A DNA stretch of 64,000 nt from a virus: IMG/VR virus record IMGVR_UViG_3300040811_000687, one strand, 5' to 3'. Position 1 is the first letter of the stretch; each line of letters begins with the position of its first letter. This document shows positions 10,516 to 19,165 of this stretch, one piece after another. A program made the position numbers and the translations under genes. The notes under the pieces are model-generated. The model was given only the letters and a program-made list of their open reading frames with translations. It searched no databases and was not told where the DNA came from.

Positions 10516-11294
10516 ATAATTTTATATATTGAGAGTCTTTGTATAATATCATCTGCTATAAATTTGTGTCCTTTTTCGTTAGGGTGTTTATCTAAAGTAG
10601 ATACCATTCTATCTGTTATATAACCGTTTTTATACAATTTGTGCATAACGTCTAACATACTAAATTGAGTAAAATTAAGTTTATCTTGAGGTATATTATC
10701 AGTTAAAAAATTTTTTATCTTATATTTATATTTTGCAATACATCTTTTTATTTCTGTTTCATCTAATTCACGACTTCTTATTGCTTTATATGGTAGTATC
10801 GTATCGTCTTTTGTCAATTTAGGATTAATTAATATATCTCGTTCAGTAGGCTTTAATCCTTCAAACATACTTTCATAAATAGCTCCCAACATAAAATGGC
10901 AATAAGGTAAATTAAATCTTTCACATAGTATTTGAAAGCTCATAAATTGTCGCATTGATTTTTTTACACAATTTAATAAATCCATAGATTTGTGGACTCT
11001 GTTGGATCTCCAACGACCAAACCATCCTTCTTGATAATCTTCTCTATGAGATTGTGTCCAAGCTGCTATAACTAATCCTATTTCTTCTTTTGGTGTGTTT
11101 AATATTTCATCTTGTAGAGTAGAATATATAAATTCATTACCTTGACCACCTTTACCTAAACAAACTAGTTCCATACCTAAATGTTTTGCAAGATGTTCGG
11201 GCCATTTTGGCCATGAAAAGTCCCATGTAGGATGGCACACTGATTCAAAATCTAAATCTGTACAACTATCTCCACTAACTATTAATTTTTTCAT
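10512..11294 (-). CDS. SGNH/GDSL hydrolase-like protein
   Basis: N-terminal GDS, GKGGQGN, C-terminal DKHPNEKGH. Confidence 0.75.
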   Translation of the reverse strand: MKKLIVSGDSCTDLDFESVCHPTWDFSWPKWPEHLAKHLGMELVCLGKGGQGNEFIYSTLQDEILNTPKEEIGLVIAAWTQSHREDYQEGWFGRWRSNRVHKSMDLLNCVKKSMRQFMSFQILCERFNLPYCHFMLGAIYESMFEGLKPTERDILINPKLTKDDTILPYKAIRSRELDETEIKRCIAKYKYKIKNFLTDNIPQDKLNFTQFSMLDVMHKLYKNGYITDRMVSTLDKHPNEKGHKFIADDIIQRLSIYKII

Positions 11295-12078
11295 ATAAAA
11301 ACTCCATCATTTTAATTTGTCCTTTTGCATTTGGATGACTGTCGTAATCTGATATTCTTAAATTTCTGACCGTTTCAAGACCTTCTTGTAAAGAATTACT
11401 TAGCTGTAGACTTTCTTCTATCGTAGTTTTATGTTCAAGACAATAACCATTTAGTTCATTTAGAGCTGGCCAACCTATAAAATTATTTATATCAATATGT
11501 TTCTCAAAATCCATAACCATATTTTCTAAAAATTCTTGATCTTCTTTTTTATTTCCAGGATATTTTATTCTAGGCATTTCCTCTGCAGGCTTTGATTGTT
11601 TCATATGGCTAATAATTTCATCATCATTGGGCCACGATCCTTCTAACCAACTCCAAAATAAAGGTATCATTTGAAAGTGTAAGTATTTTAAATTCCATCG
11701 TTGACAGACATTTTGATAACTTAAATAGTACATTAATGATCTTTTTGTCCAACCAAAAATATCACCATCTGAATTAGGAACTTTAACTTCCCATTTTAAT
11801 CTTCGTCCCTCTTGCCAAGTATATCTTTGTGCTTGTGACCAACCTGTTATAACTAATCCTATTCTTTCTTTATCTGTATTAGCTATTGTTTCAAGTACAG
11901 ATTCATAAATATAATCATTTCCATAACCAGATTTTGCTACATTGATACATTTCATATCTAGTTTTTCTGCTAACAACTCTGGCCATTTTGGCCAAGATGT
12001 ATCTATTTCAGGATGTATATGACTCTTATAATTTTTATCTGTAAAACTATCACCACCAGCTATTAATATTTTTTTCAT
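11275..12078 (-). CDS. SGNH/GDSL hydrolase-like protein (paralogue of 10512..11294)
   Basis: GGDSFT, SWPKWPELLA, SGYGN, DSHPNAKG. Confidence 0.75.
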   Translation of the reverse strand: MKKILIAGGDSFTDKNYKSHIHPEIDTSWPKWPELLAEKLDMKCINVAKSGYGNDYIYESVLETIANTDKERIGLVITGWSQAQRYTWQEGRRLKWEVKVPNSDGDIFGWTKRSLMYYLSYQNVCQRWNLKYLHFQMIPLFWSWLEGSWPNDDEIISHMKQSKPAEEMPRIKYPGNKKEDQEFLENMVMDFEKHIDINNFIGWPALNELNGYCLEHKTTIEESLQLSNSLQEGLETVRNLRISDYDSHPNAKGQIKMMEFLYEKINS

Positions 12079-12377
12079 ATTTTACTCCAGAATAATTTAT
12101 TAAATGCTATTTTCATTTTTTGTTTAGGTCCTTCTTTAAAGTTTAATGGACCGTAGTCATACTCTGGTGTTATATAAGTTTTTTCAACTATATATTCATA
12201 AACCGGTTCATTGTACTCATTAATTAAACTCTCATCAAATATATCACTGGTGCCTAATGCTCTTTTTATCATTTGACAGGTCTTAATAAGATTTTGATCA
12301 GTTATAGCAACAGGATTACCATTACTATCAATGTAGCTGATTTGATCTAAAGTTTGATTTGCTATTATTTCTATCAC
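12075..12377 (-). CDS. hypothetical protein
   Basis: 100-aa ORF with 4-nt overlaps on both sides within the operon. Confidence 0.65.
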   Translation of the reverse strand: MIEIIANQTLDQISYIDSNGNPVAITDQNLIKTCQMIKRALGTSDIFDESLINEYNEPVYEYIVEKTYITPEYDYGPLNFKEGPKQKMKIAFNKLFWSKI

Positions 12378-13426
12378 AGTGAGGCTAATATTGTATTACA
12401 TGTGTTATTTATTTCTTCATCTGTTAAAAAAGGATCAATTGGTAATGTTAAAATTGTATCACTGATATGTTTACAATTAATACAATCATCGCTTCTATGT
12501 GATATGTTTTTATACATAGGGCGTTCAGATATAGGTTTTTCATAGTGTACATTGGCATTTAATCTCTTTTTAACTCTGTTTCTTGTTTCTTTGTCTTCAA
12601 ATCTTACAATATATTTATGATACGTATGATTGACACCATTTGAGGTTGATTGTATAATTATGTCGTCCTTTAGTTGTTCATCATATTTTTTTGCTATTAT
12701 TTGTTTAGCCTCAACATATTGATCTAGTTTTTTTAATCTATAATCAATAAACTTTGCATTAAAGAATAACATTTTAGAGTTGTATCCTAGTATCTCATGG
12801 TTACCATGTTTTCTTAGCTTAATACACATATCAGCATAGTCTTTGTTATCTGTCAATACCACACCACCTCCGGCGATCCCACCTATCGTTTTGTTCGCAT
12901 TAAAACTTATTGTACTTAATTCTCCTAGAGTACCTGCTTTAACACCGTTAAGACTAGAACCTATGGCCTGAGCTGCGTCTTCTATAAATGATATGTTTTT
13001 TTCTTTACAAAATTTTAATATCTCTGTTATATCTGACATATTACCAAATAAATGTGGATAGACAATTGCTTTTACTTTGTCTGAATACATACGTTTGATA
13101 CTGTCAAGTGATATATGATAAGTTTCTTTATCTATATCGCAAAATACAGGAGTTGCACCTACCATAGATATACAAGACGCTGTTGATATCCACGAAAAGT
13201 TGGTTGTCAATACTTCATCGCCTGGTTTTATATTTAAACATTTTAAAGAAAACATTAAAGCGTCTGTACCGTTTTGACAAGCAACAGCATATTTTCTTCC
13301 TATTGTATCTGTAATTGTTTTTTCTAAAAACTCTATATTTTGTTCTTGTTTTTCTTGCATACACTCATCAAAAAGTTTAAGATATTCTTCTTTGTTTAGT
13401 GCATAATCTTTATTCCATGAATCCAT
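12374..13426 (-). CDS. DegT/DnrJ/EryC1/StrS PLP-dependent sugar aminotransferase
   Basis: NGTDAL, GATPVFCDI, IEDAAQAIG, SFNANKTIGG with catalytic Lys, GYNSKM. Confidence 0.95.
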   Translation of the reverse strand: MDSWNKDYALNKEEYLKLFDECMQEKQEQNIEFLEKTITDTIGRKYAVACQNGTDALMFSLKCLNIKPGDEVLTTNFSWISTASCISMVGATPVFCDIDKETYHISLDSIKRMYSDKVKAIVYPHLFGNMSDITEILKFCKEKNISFIEDAAQAIGSSLNGVKAGTLGELSTISFNANKTIGGIAGGGVVLTDNKDYADMCIKLRKHGNHEILGYNSKMLFFNAKFIDYRLKKLDQYVEAKQIIAKKYDEQLKDDIIIQSTSNGVNHTYHKYIVRFEDKETRNRVKKRLNANVHYEKPISERPMYKNISHRSDDCINCKHISDTILTLPIDPFLTDEEINNTCNTILASL

Positions 13427-13845
13427 TATTTTATTTCCTCTACTACTTTTTTACCTTCAGCTGAAAAGTGAGTTTCTATTTTTATTTTATCTTCTTTTTC
13501 TCTTACTTTACAGTGATGTATACAAACTGATTGTACTTTTTTTAAACTGTCTTCATCTCCTATATCTCTAGCATTAATTAAATCATTTTCAAACTCAACC
13601 CATTCTTTTGTTTCAAGTATTTCATTTATACTATTATAGTCTTCAAGTTTACTTACATCATACAAAGGTTTAAATTCTTTTGAATTTATTATATTTTTTT
13701 CGTCACACCAACAACATGGTAATAAATAACCTCTATTATTAACTGCCATAGGCATAACATGTTTTCTACCATGCCATTCGTAATTTCCTTGTCTATCTTT
13801 ATCCGGTAAACAGAGAGGACTTAATTTAATTCTTTGTTTTGCCAT
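13426..13845 (-). CDS. stand-alone SPASM-like Fe-S domain protein
   Basis: PLC...AVNNRGYLLPCCWCD...CIHHC. Confidence 0.75.
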   Translation of the reverse strand: MAKQRIKLSPLCLPDKDRQGNYEWHGRKHVMPMAVNNRGYLLPCCWCDEKNIINSKEFKPLYDVSKLEDYNSINEILETKEWVEFENDLINARDIGDEDSLKKVQSVCIHHCKVREKEDKIKIETHFSAEGKKVVEEIK

Positions 13846-14513
13846 TTGTAATTTCCATCTTTATCTTTTTCAGTTTGTTTTGTTAATAGTGTTTTAATTC
13901 CGGAAGAACCTGTTGGTCTTAAAGGATCTGGTTTACCATTATCATCCCTCCATCTAGAAGATTGAACCAATATAAATTCAAGTCCGTTGTCCGAAGCCAT
14001 TTTTTTGGCTTCTTCTATATTATTTTCATTGTAATTAAATATTATGTATTGCCATTGTGGTGTGGTATTTAAATGTTGTTTTGCTATTTTCATTATCTCA
14101 AACATCTTTTCTCCGTCTTGATTTTTTCTATACTTATGACTATCTTTCGGTAAGCCGTCACAGGCAAATACCCACCTTGCATTTGGATTTGCTTTAAATG
14201 ATTTAATAAACCATGATATAGGTTTAGCCGTGGCTGCGCTGTGAACTGTAGCTCCAATATTTTTTTTATTAAATAGTTCTAGTATTTCATTAAATCTAGG
14301 GTGATGTACAGGATCCGATAATTGTCCACAAAAGCCAACTGATTTAAAATGATCTGTTATCATATCTATTTCATGCAATGTTAGATCACGCCCATGTGGT
14401 ATTAAGCCTTTATTTGTAAAGGCCGTTTGTCTTTGACAATTAGGACATTCTAAAGGACATCTATGAGATAAATCCAAATTCAGTGCGTGTAATCTTTTTT
14501 TAAAATATGACAT
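13821..14513 (-). CDS. radical SAM protein (core only)
   Basis: CPLECPNC, FCGQLSDP, DGLPKDSHKYR. Confidence 0.9.
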   Translation of the reverse strand: MSYFKKRLHALNLDLSHRCPLECPNCQRQTAFTNKGLIPHGRDLTLHEIDMITDHFKSVGFCGQLSDPVHHPRFNEILELFNKKNIGATVHSAATAKPISWFIKSFKANPNARWVFACDGLPKDSHKYRKNQDGEKMFEIMKIAKQHLNTTPQWQYIIFNYNENNIEEAKKMASDNGLEFILVQSSRWRDDNGKPDPLRPTGSSGIKTLLTKQTEKDKDGNYKWQNKELN

Positions 14514-15379
14514 TATAATTGATTTATAGCTTCTATAAGTGTATTTATATTACTTTTATTTATCGGGTCCGTTAAACAGTTTGCTGGCCTTTTATAATAA
14601 ACAGGTCCTGCGTCTTTAATATTTTTATCTCTTGCATATATAAAATTCATTCCAAAAAAACGACACTCCTGCATTAATCTTGGTGCCGGATCAAATGTGT
14701 GTTTAGTATAAACGTAAGTGTCAAACATACCTAATAAATTTTTTACAGGTACAAATACATGATTTAAATTATGGTCTATGTACTTATCTTTGTATGCCAA
14801 GATACCATGATTTTGGTATTTGTGAATATGTTTTTTTAGTTCAGTATAATAACTTTCGTTTGTACCTAAAAATAGATACTTAAACTTAACGTCTTTAACT
14901 ATAGGTTTATATACACTGTAATTAATAATCTTTTCAAATTGTCTACCTATACCATTAACATATACCTCGTGATCGCATAAGTCAATTACTTTTTCTGGTT
15001 TAAAAAATTCTAGTGCTAAAGGATATTCTTTAGGGTGGTTTTCTGAATATACTGATATAAGAGGTTTCTTAAATAACAAACGTAAAGTCAATTGTGTATC
15101 TTTATCATAGTCTCTAATACTTTTATATGCCAAAGTTAACATACTTCTACCCATAATTAAATTTACATCAGCTTCTTCATAATCAAAATATACATTTTTC
15201 ATATGTATATACTTTTCTGTTAAGGCCTCTATATAAGTTTCTTTGGTAAATCTGTAGTGAGGTATGATTATAAGTTTTGCATTAATACCTAAATCGTTTA
15301 GATATTGTACTTGTTCAAAACTATAATGCATTAAACCATCGCCTGGTTTAGAAGTCACTATTACGTTTAATCTAGTCAT
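14513..15379 (-). CDS. hypothetical protein, possibly a divergent GT-B glycosyltransferase
   Basis: First gene of the minus-strand operon; weak GT-B-like C-terminal DPAPRLMQEC segment. Confidence 0.5.
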   Translation of the reverse strand: MTRLNVIVTSKPGDGLMHYSFEQVQYLNDLGINAKLIIIPHYRFTKETYIEALTEKYIHMKNVYFDYEEADVNLIMGRSMLTLAYKSIRDYDKDTQLTLRLLFKKPLISVYSENHPKEYPLALEFFKPEKVIDLCDHEVYVNGIGRQFEKIINYSVYKPIVKDVKFKYLFLGTNESYYTELKKHIHKYQNHGILAYKDKYIDHNLNHVFVPVKNLLGMFDTYVYTKHTFDPAPRLMQECRFFGMNFIYARDKNIKDAGPVYYKRPANCLTDPINKSNINTLIEAINQL

Positions 15380-15384
15380 ATATT

Positions 15385-15413
15385 ATTATAACATTTTTTG
15401 ATTAATTTGTCAA
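15385..15413 (-). promoter_or_regulatory. consensus sigma70 (early) promoter of the 14-kb minus-strand operon
   Basis: Minus strand TTGACA-N17-TATAAT, ATG 5 nt after the -10; a minus-strand TATAAATA also at 15423-15430. Confidence 0.85.
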
Positions 15414-15435
15414 TGTTGTACATATTTATAACACT

Positions 15436-15443
15436 TATAAATA
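15436..15443 (+). promoter_or_regulatory. T4 late promoter TATAAATA
   Basis: Exact box upstream of a GGAGG SD and ATG 15465. Confidence 0.75.
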
Positions 15444-15464
15444 GTTATATAACATGGAGGCTAT

Positions 15465-15635
15465 ATGACTATAAAAGCAAAACACAAAGATTTAAAAAAG
15501 CAAGTTAAAGAAGCTGAAGTAAAAAGAGAAACTAGACGTGGTTCAAGAAGTTGGACAGATTTACGTACATTAAAAAAATTAAAACTAAAAATGAAAGATA
15601 AGTTAAGATTATCTAAAAAAAGAATGAGTTTATGA
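15465..15635 (+). CDS. small basic coiled-coil protein, DUF465/YdcH-like (not in ORF track)
   Basis: 56 aa MTIKAKHKDLKKQVKEAE...LRTLKKLKLKMKDKL; GGAGG SD; ATGA overlap with next gene. Confidence 0.7.
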   Translation: MTIKAKHKDLKKQVKEAEVKRETRRGSRSWTDLRTLKKLKLKMKDKLRLSKKRMSL

Positions 15636-16087
15636 AGACTTACCAGTACGATTTAGAAAAGATTAAAAAAGAGTTAGAAACTTTACCAGATTATAATAAA
15701 CAATTATATCTACAAGGTTATTCTAAAGACATGGATCCTGAAGAAGGAGCTGGTAAAGGTTATGACGTAGATAAAGTAGAACACACATATACTGTTCCTT
15801 TATTTGATATACCTTATATTAATAGTATAATGGAAGAACACAAACTTACTAGAACAAGATTGATGAGAATGAAACCTAAAGCATGTTATCTTTGGCATAA
15901 TGACTTGACACAAAGATTACATATACCAATAGTAACAAATGAACACTGTTTCTTATTACTAGATAATGATAGAATACACATACCAGCCACAGGAGAGGCG
16001 TATGTAATAGACACTAGAAAAAAACATACAGCACTAAATTGTTCAAAAGAAGATCGTACTCATATTGTTGGAGGACTACCTTATTAA
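15632..16087 (+). CDS. 2OG-Fe(II) dioxygenase, aspartyl/asparaginyl beta-hydroxylase-like
   Basis: WHND (HxD), RLHIPI, HTALN, RTHIV. Confidence 0.8.
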   Translation: MKTYQYDLEKIKKELETLPDYNKQLYLQGYSKDMDPEEGAGKGYDVDKVEHTYTVPLFDIPYINSIMEEHKLTRTRLMRMKPKACYLWHNDLTQRLHIPIVTNEHCFLLLDNDRIHIPATGEAYVIDTRKKHTALNCSKEDRTHIVGGLPY

Positions 16088-17388
16088 TGGATAATACATT
16101 ATATGACGCCGTTATTACATCACTGCCAGGAATGGATAAGGGTAAACCTGCACCTGGTCCTTCTTTTTTAAAAGGATATTTAGAACCATTAGGATTTAAA
16201 ATTAAAGTTATAGATGGTAATCAATTAGATACTTTAGAAAATATACACAAAGAAATTGCAAAATATAAATTTAGATGGTTAGGTATATCTGTATTTTCTT
16301 TTATGCAAAAAGAAGATGGTTTAAAATTAGGAGAAAAATATGATAATGCTTTTTACGGAGGATCAGGTGTTGATATAAAATGGCCTTCTAAAAATTTTAT
16401 AGTAGGAGAAGGAGAATATGCTGTACAAGAATTTTTAAAAGGAAATTTTGATTATCCTGGTATTAACGGAAGACTACCAAAACAGATAGAAAACATAGAA
16501 GATTTGCCACCACCAGATTATTCAGACGTAATAAAAGAACACAAATATGGCAGATTTATAATATCTGGTTCTAGAGGTTGTGTTAGAAATTGTACTTTCT
16601 GTGATGTTGCAAGTATCTGGCCAAAATTTAGATGGAAATCAGGTAAAAAAATTGCTGACGAAATACATAGTGTTGCTGAACATACTAAATCTGAAAAGAT
16701 AGCATTTTCCGATTCATTGGTTAATGGTTCAATGAAACATTTTAGAGATATGGTTTACGAATTATCTATAAAAAAGAAAAAGGTAAAATGGGAAGGACAG
16801 TTTATTGTCAGAGCTGAAAAGACTTTTTCGCAAGAAGATTTTGATAATTTGGCAAACTCTGGTTGTAATGGTTTGGAAATGGGTATAGAATCAGGTAATG
16901 AAAGTGTTAGAAATCATATGAAAAAAAAGTTTACTAATGATGATATAAAATACTTTGTTACCAATTTAGGAGAAAGAAAAATTAAAATGAAGTTCTTACT
17001 GATTGTAGGATATCCTACGGAAACGGAAGAAATGTTTGAAGATACTATGCAACTATTAAGAGACTATGCAAAGTATTCACATTTAATCAGTGTATCTCAC
17101 CACGTTATGATGACTTTTGAAAATACACCTTTAGATTTTGAACATAGAGAATTGTTTGGTGGAGAATTTGGCTTCAAATGGAAAAATCAAAACTCCGATT
17201 TTGATATAAGATTTCAAAGATTTATAAAACTTTATGAATTAGGAAACCAATTAGGTTATCAGTTTCAACAACATTGTATTGACAAAATAGAAAGATACAA
17301 ATCTGATAAACTTAATGAAAATAGAAAGTCTATAGGAATTGATCACCCTAGAAAGAAAAAAGTTAATTCTTTACATGTACAATCTTAA
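16087..17388 (+). CDS. cobalamin-dependent (B12-binding) radical SAM enzyme
   Basis: N-terminal B12-binding-like domain (PAPGPSFLKGYL, LGISVFS, YGGSG, VGEGE) then SRGCVRNCTFC, GIESG, IVGYPTET; start probably ATG 16087 rather than 16039. Confidence 0.88.
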   Translation: MDNTLYDAVITSLPGMDKGKPAPGPSFLKGYLEPLGFKIKVIDGNQLDTLENIHKEIAKYKFRWLGISVFSFMQKEDGLKLGEKYDNAFYGGSGVDIKWPSKNFIVGEGEYAVQEFLKGNFDYPGINGRLPKQIENIEDLPPPDYSDVIKEHKYGRFIISGSRGCVRNCTFCDVASIWPKFRWKSGKKIADEIHSVAEHTKSEKIAFSDSLVNGSMKHFRDMVYELSIKKKKVKWEGQFIVRAEKTFSQEDFDNLANSGCNGLEMGIESGNESVRNHMKKKFTNDDIKYFVTNLGERKIKMKFLLIVGYPTETEEMFEDTMQLLRDYAKYSHLISVSHHVMMTFENTPLDFEHRELFGGEFGFKWKNQNSDFDIRFQRFIKLYELGNQLGYQFQQHCIDKIERYKSDKLNENRKSIGIDHPRKKKVNSLHVQS

Positions 17389-18992
17389 AAAGATTTATTA
17401 AAACCTAAAGTAAATTTTCTTCCTTCTTGACTAAACCCATGAGGTGATTCATAATTTTCATCAAATAGATTTAACAAACTAACACCAAAGTCTATACCAT
17501 AATAATTATATCCAAGATTTAAATCTAACAAATGTGTTTCAGGCATTGTTATAGTTGACCAATTAGAATTATGCACATCTAAATGTCTGCCTTTATATTT
17601 GTAATTAGTAGTTATAGAAAAGTTATTTTTTAAATCTTTTGTATTCATAAATCCAACAGACCAATTAGGTCTTCTTAATTGTACTACATCAATCTTTTTA
17701 CTATTTAAATGACTAATAAAAAATTTAGAATTTTCTTGATTATAACTAAACTCTATACCGTCAGTATTTAAATCACCAATATCATTTTTAAATATAGTTG
17801 TTGCAAAATTATTTTTAGTTAATGTTAACTCTTGTGATTCTCCATATTCAATAGCAGTCCATGTTGTCTTATCTTTATAACTTGTTGATGTACTACCACT
17901 TATACTTAAACCATCTTCTACCTCTTTAAAGAAACCTAATTTATATGTTTCGTGTTCTTCATCAAACCTATGATGATATGAAAATATATTGTGTGAAAAA
18001 TTAAAGAAGTATCCTAGATTATGATGTTGACTTGCTAAAGATTCATTATGTTTATAATCAAAGCCAAAACCATATTTTTCTTTTTGATGTGTTCCTCTTA
18101 TTGTATAGTTTTCACTTTCATAATGAGAGTCGTCATAGTCTCTATCATATTCATGTGTATGAAAAGTTAAACTATTATTTAAATAATCAACACCTGTTTG
18201 TAAGGCAAAGAAAGTATTATCTGCCCATTTACCGTCTTGTATGGAAACACTATGACCATCTATATCAGAGAAAGTGTTTCTTGCAAACCAAGATGTTCGC
18301 CAATGTATTTGATCATACCATTTACTTACGTTAACACCTATTGTTTTATTATTTGTTCCATCTTTTTCGTCAGCTCCTGATAAAACAGAAACGTTTTGCG
18401 ACTTATGTTCGCCAGCTGAAAAAGATATATCAAAGTCATTTAATTTAGTATAGTAATTACCACTAATAGTTTTATCATTACCATTACCACCAATACTTAA
18501 TTTTTTATCATAATCTACAGTTGTTCTAAAATTAATTGCACCACCAACAGCGTCTGCTCCCCAATGAGCACCTTGTGACCCTTTGTATACATCTATTTGT
18601 ACAACATTAAACATAAAGTCTTGACCAACATCGTGGGCGCCTGTAGGTGTAGAGTAATCATTGATTGATATTCCATTTAATAATACTAATGTATGATTAG
18701 AATTAGTGCCTCTTAAAAACACCGATGATTGTTGACCTGTAGGACCTGATTGAGTTATGTCTAAACCTTGAACATAGTTTAATACTTTAGGTAAATCAAT
18801 TAGATTATACTTTTGAATTTCAGATTTTTTAATTGTAAGTGTAGGTGTTATCTTATCACCTAATGCGTTTGAGTTGTTTATGTTTGGATATATTGTAAGA
18901 CAAGGAATATCGTCATCCCATTTACAATCATCTTCCTTGGAATAGGCAACATTAGCCCATACCAAGATTAATATAAGAATTAATCTTATCAT
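17385..18992 (-). CDS. btuB: BtuB-like TonB-dependent outer-membrane cobalamin receptor
   Basis: Signal peptide; plug GLDITQSGPTGQQSSVFLRGTNSNHTLVLLNG and KGSQGAHWGADAVGGAIN resemble BtuB; NLFDENYE...GRKFTLG and C-terminal Phe; cobalamin riboswitch upstream. Confidence 0.88.
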   Translation of the reverse strand: MIRLILILILVWANVAYSKEDDCKWDDDIPCLTIYPNINNSNALGDKITPTLTIKKSEIQKYNLIDLPKVLNYVQGLDITQSGPTGQQSSVFLRGTNSNHTLVLLNGISINDYSTPTGAHDVGQDFMFNVVQIDVYKGSQGAHWGADAVGGAINFRTTVDYDKKLSIGGNGNDKTISGNYYTKLNDFDISFSAGEHKSQNVSVLSGADEKDGTNNKTIGVNVSKWYDQIHWRTSWFARNTFSDIDGHSVSIQDGKWADNTFFALQTGVDYLNNSLTFHTHEYDRDYDDSHYESENYTIRGTHQKEKYGFGFDYKHNESLASQHHNLGYFFNFSHNIFSYHHRFDEEHETYKLGFFKEVEDGLSISGSTSTSYKDKTTWTAIEYGESQELTLTKNNFATTIFKNDIGDLNTDGIEFSYNQENSKFFISHLNSKKIDVVQLRRPNWSVGFMNTKDLKNNFSITTNYKYKGRHLDVHNSNWSTITMPETHLLDLNLGYNYYGIDFGVSLLNLFDENYESPHGFSQEGRKFTLGFNKSF

Positions 18993-18995
18993 GTT

Positions 18996-19097
18996 GAGTT
19001 TCCTTGCTCGTTGTATGGCCTAGGTGGCATTCGGAGTATAACCGTATCAAGTAATCTGGACGAATTTCACGTCACTTTCCCACTACACTTTTAGGCC
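18996..19097 (-). ncRNA. class II cobalamin riboswitch (AdoCbl-variant / env8 HyCbl type)
   Basis: Minus strand GGCCTAAAAGTGTAGTGGGAAAGTGACGTGAAATTCGTCCAGATTACTTGATACGGTTATACTCCGAATGCCACCTAGGCCATACAACGAGCAAGGAAACTC; GGCCTA/TAGGCC stem, GGGAA, GCCAC B12-box elements, terminal hairpin holds the AAGGA SD with CAAG complementary to CTTG. Confidence 0.92.
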
Positions 19098-19114
19098 ATT
19101 GTTATATACTATAT

Positions 19115-19143
19115 AGTATATAATATTTTATCTAAAATGGCAA
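19115..19143 (-). promoter_or_regulatory. sigma70 promoter for riboswitch-btuB
   Basis: Minus strand TTGCCA-N17-TATACT, ending 17 nt before the riboswitch. Confidence 0.75.
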
Positions 19144-19152
19144 CTTTCCGAA

Positions 19153-19160
19153 TATAAATA
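19153..19160 (+). promoter_or_regulatory. T4 late promoter TATAAATA
   Basis: Exact box, 5 nt before ATG 19166. Confidence 0.75.
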
Positions 19161-19165
19161 ACTGT

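Noticed and set aside
8674-14513. Split radical SAM/SPASM genes as frameshifted pseudogenes
   Set aside because: The split recurs three times at the same domain boundary, each downstream part has its own ATG, and all Cys motifs are intact.
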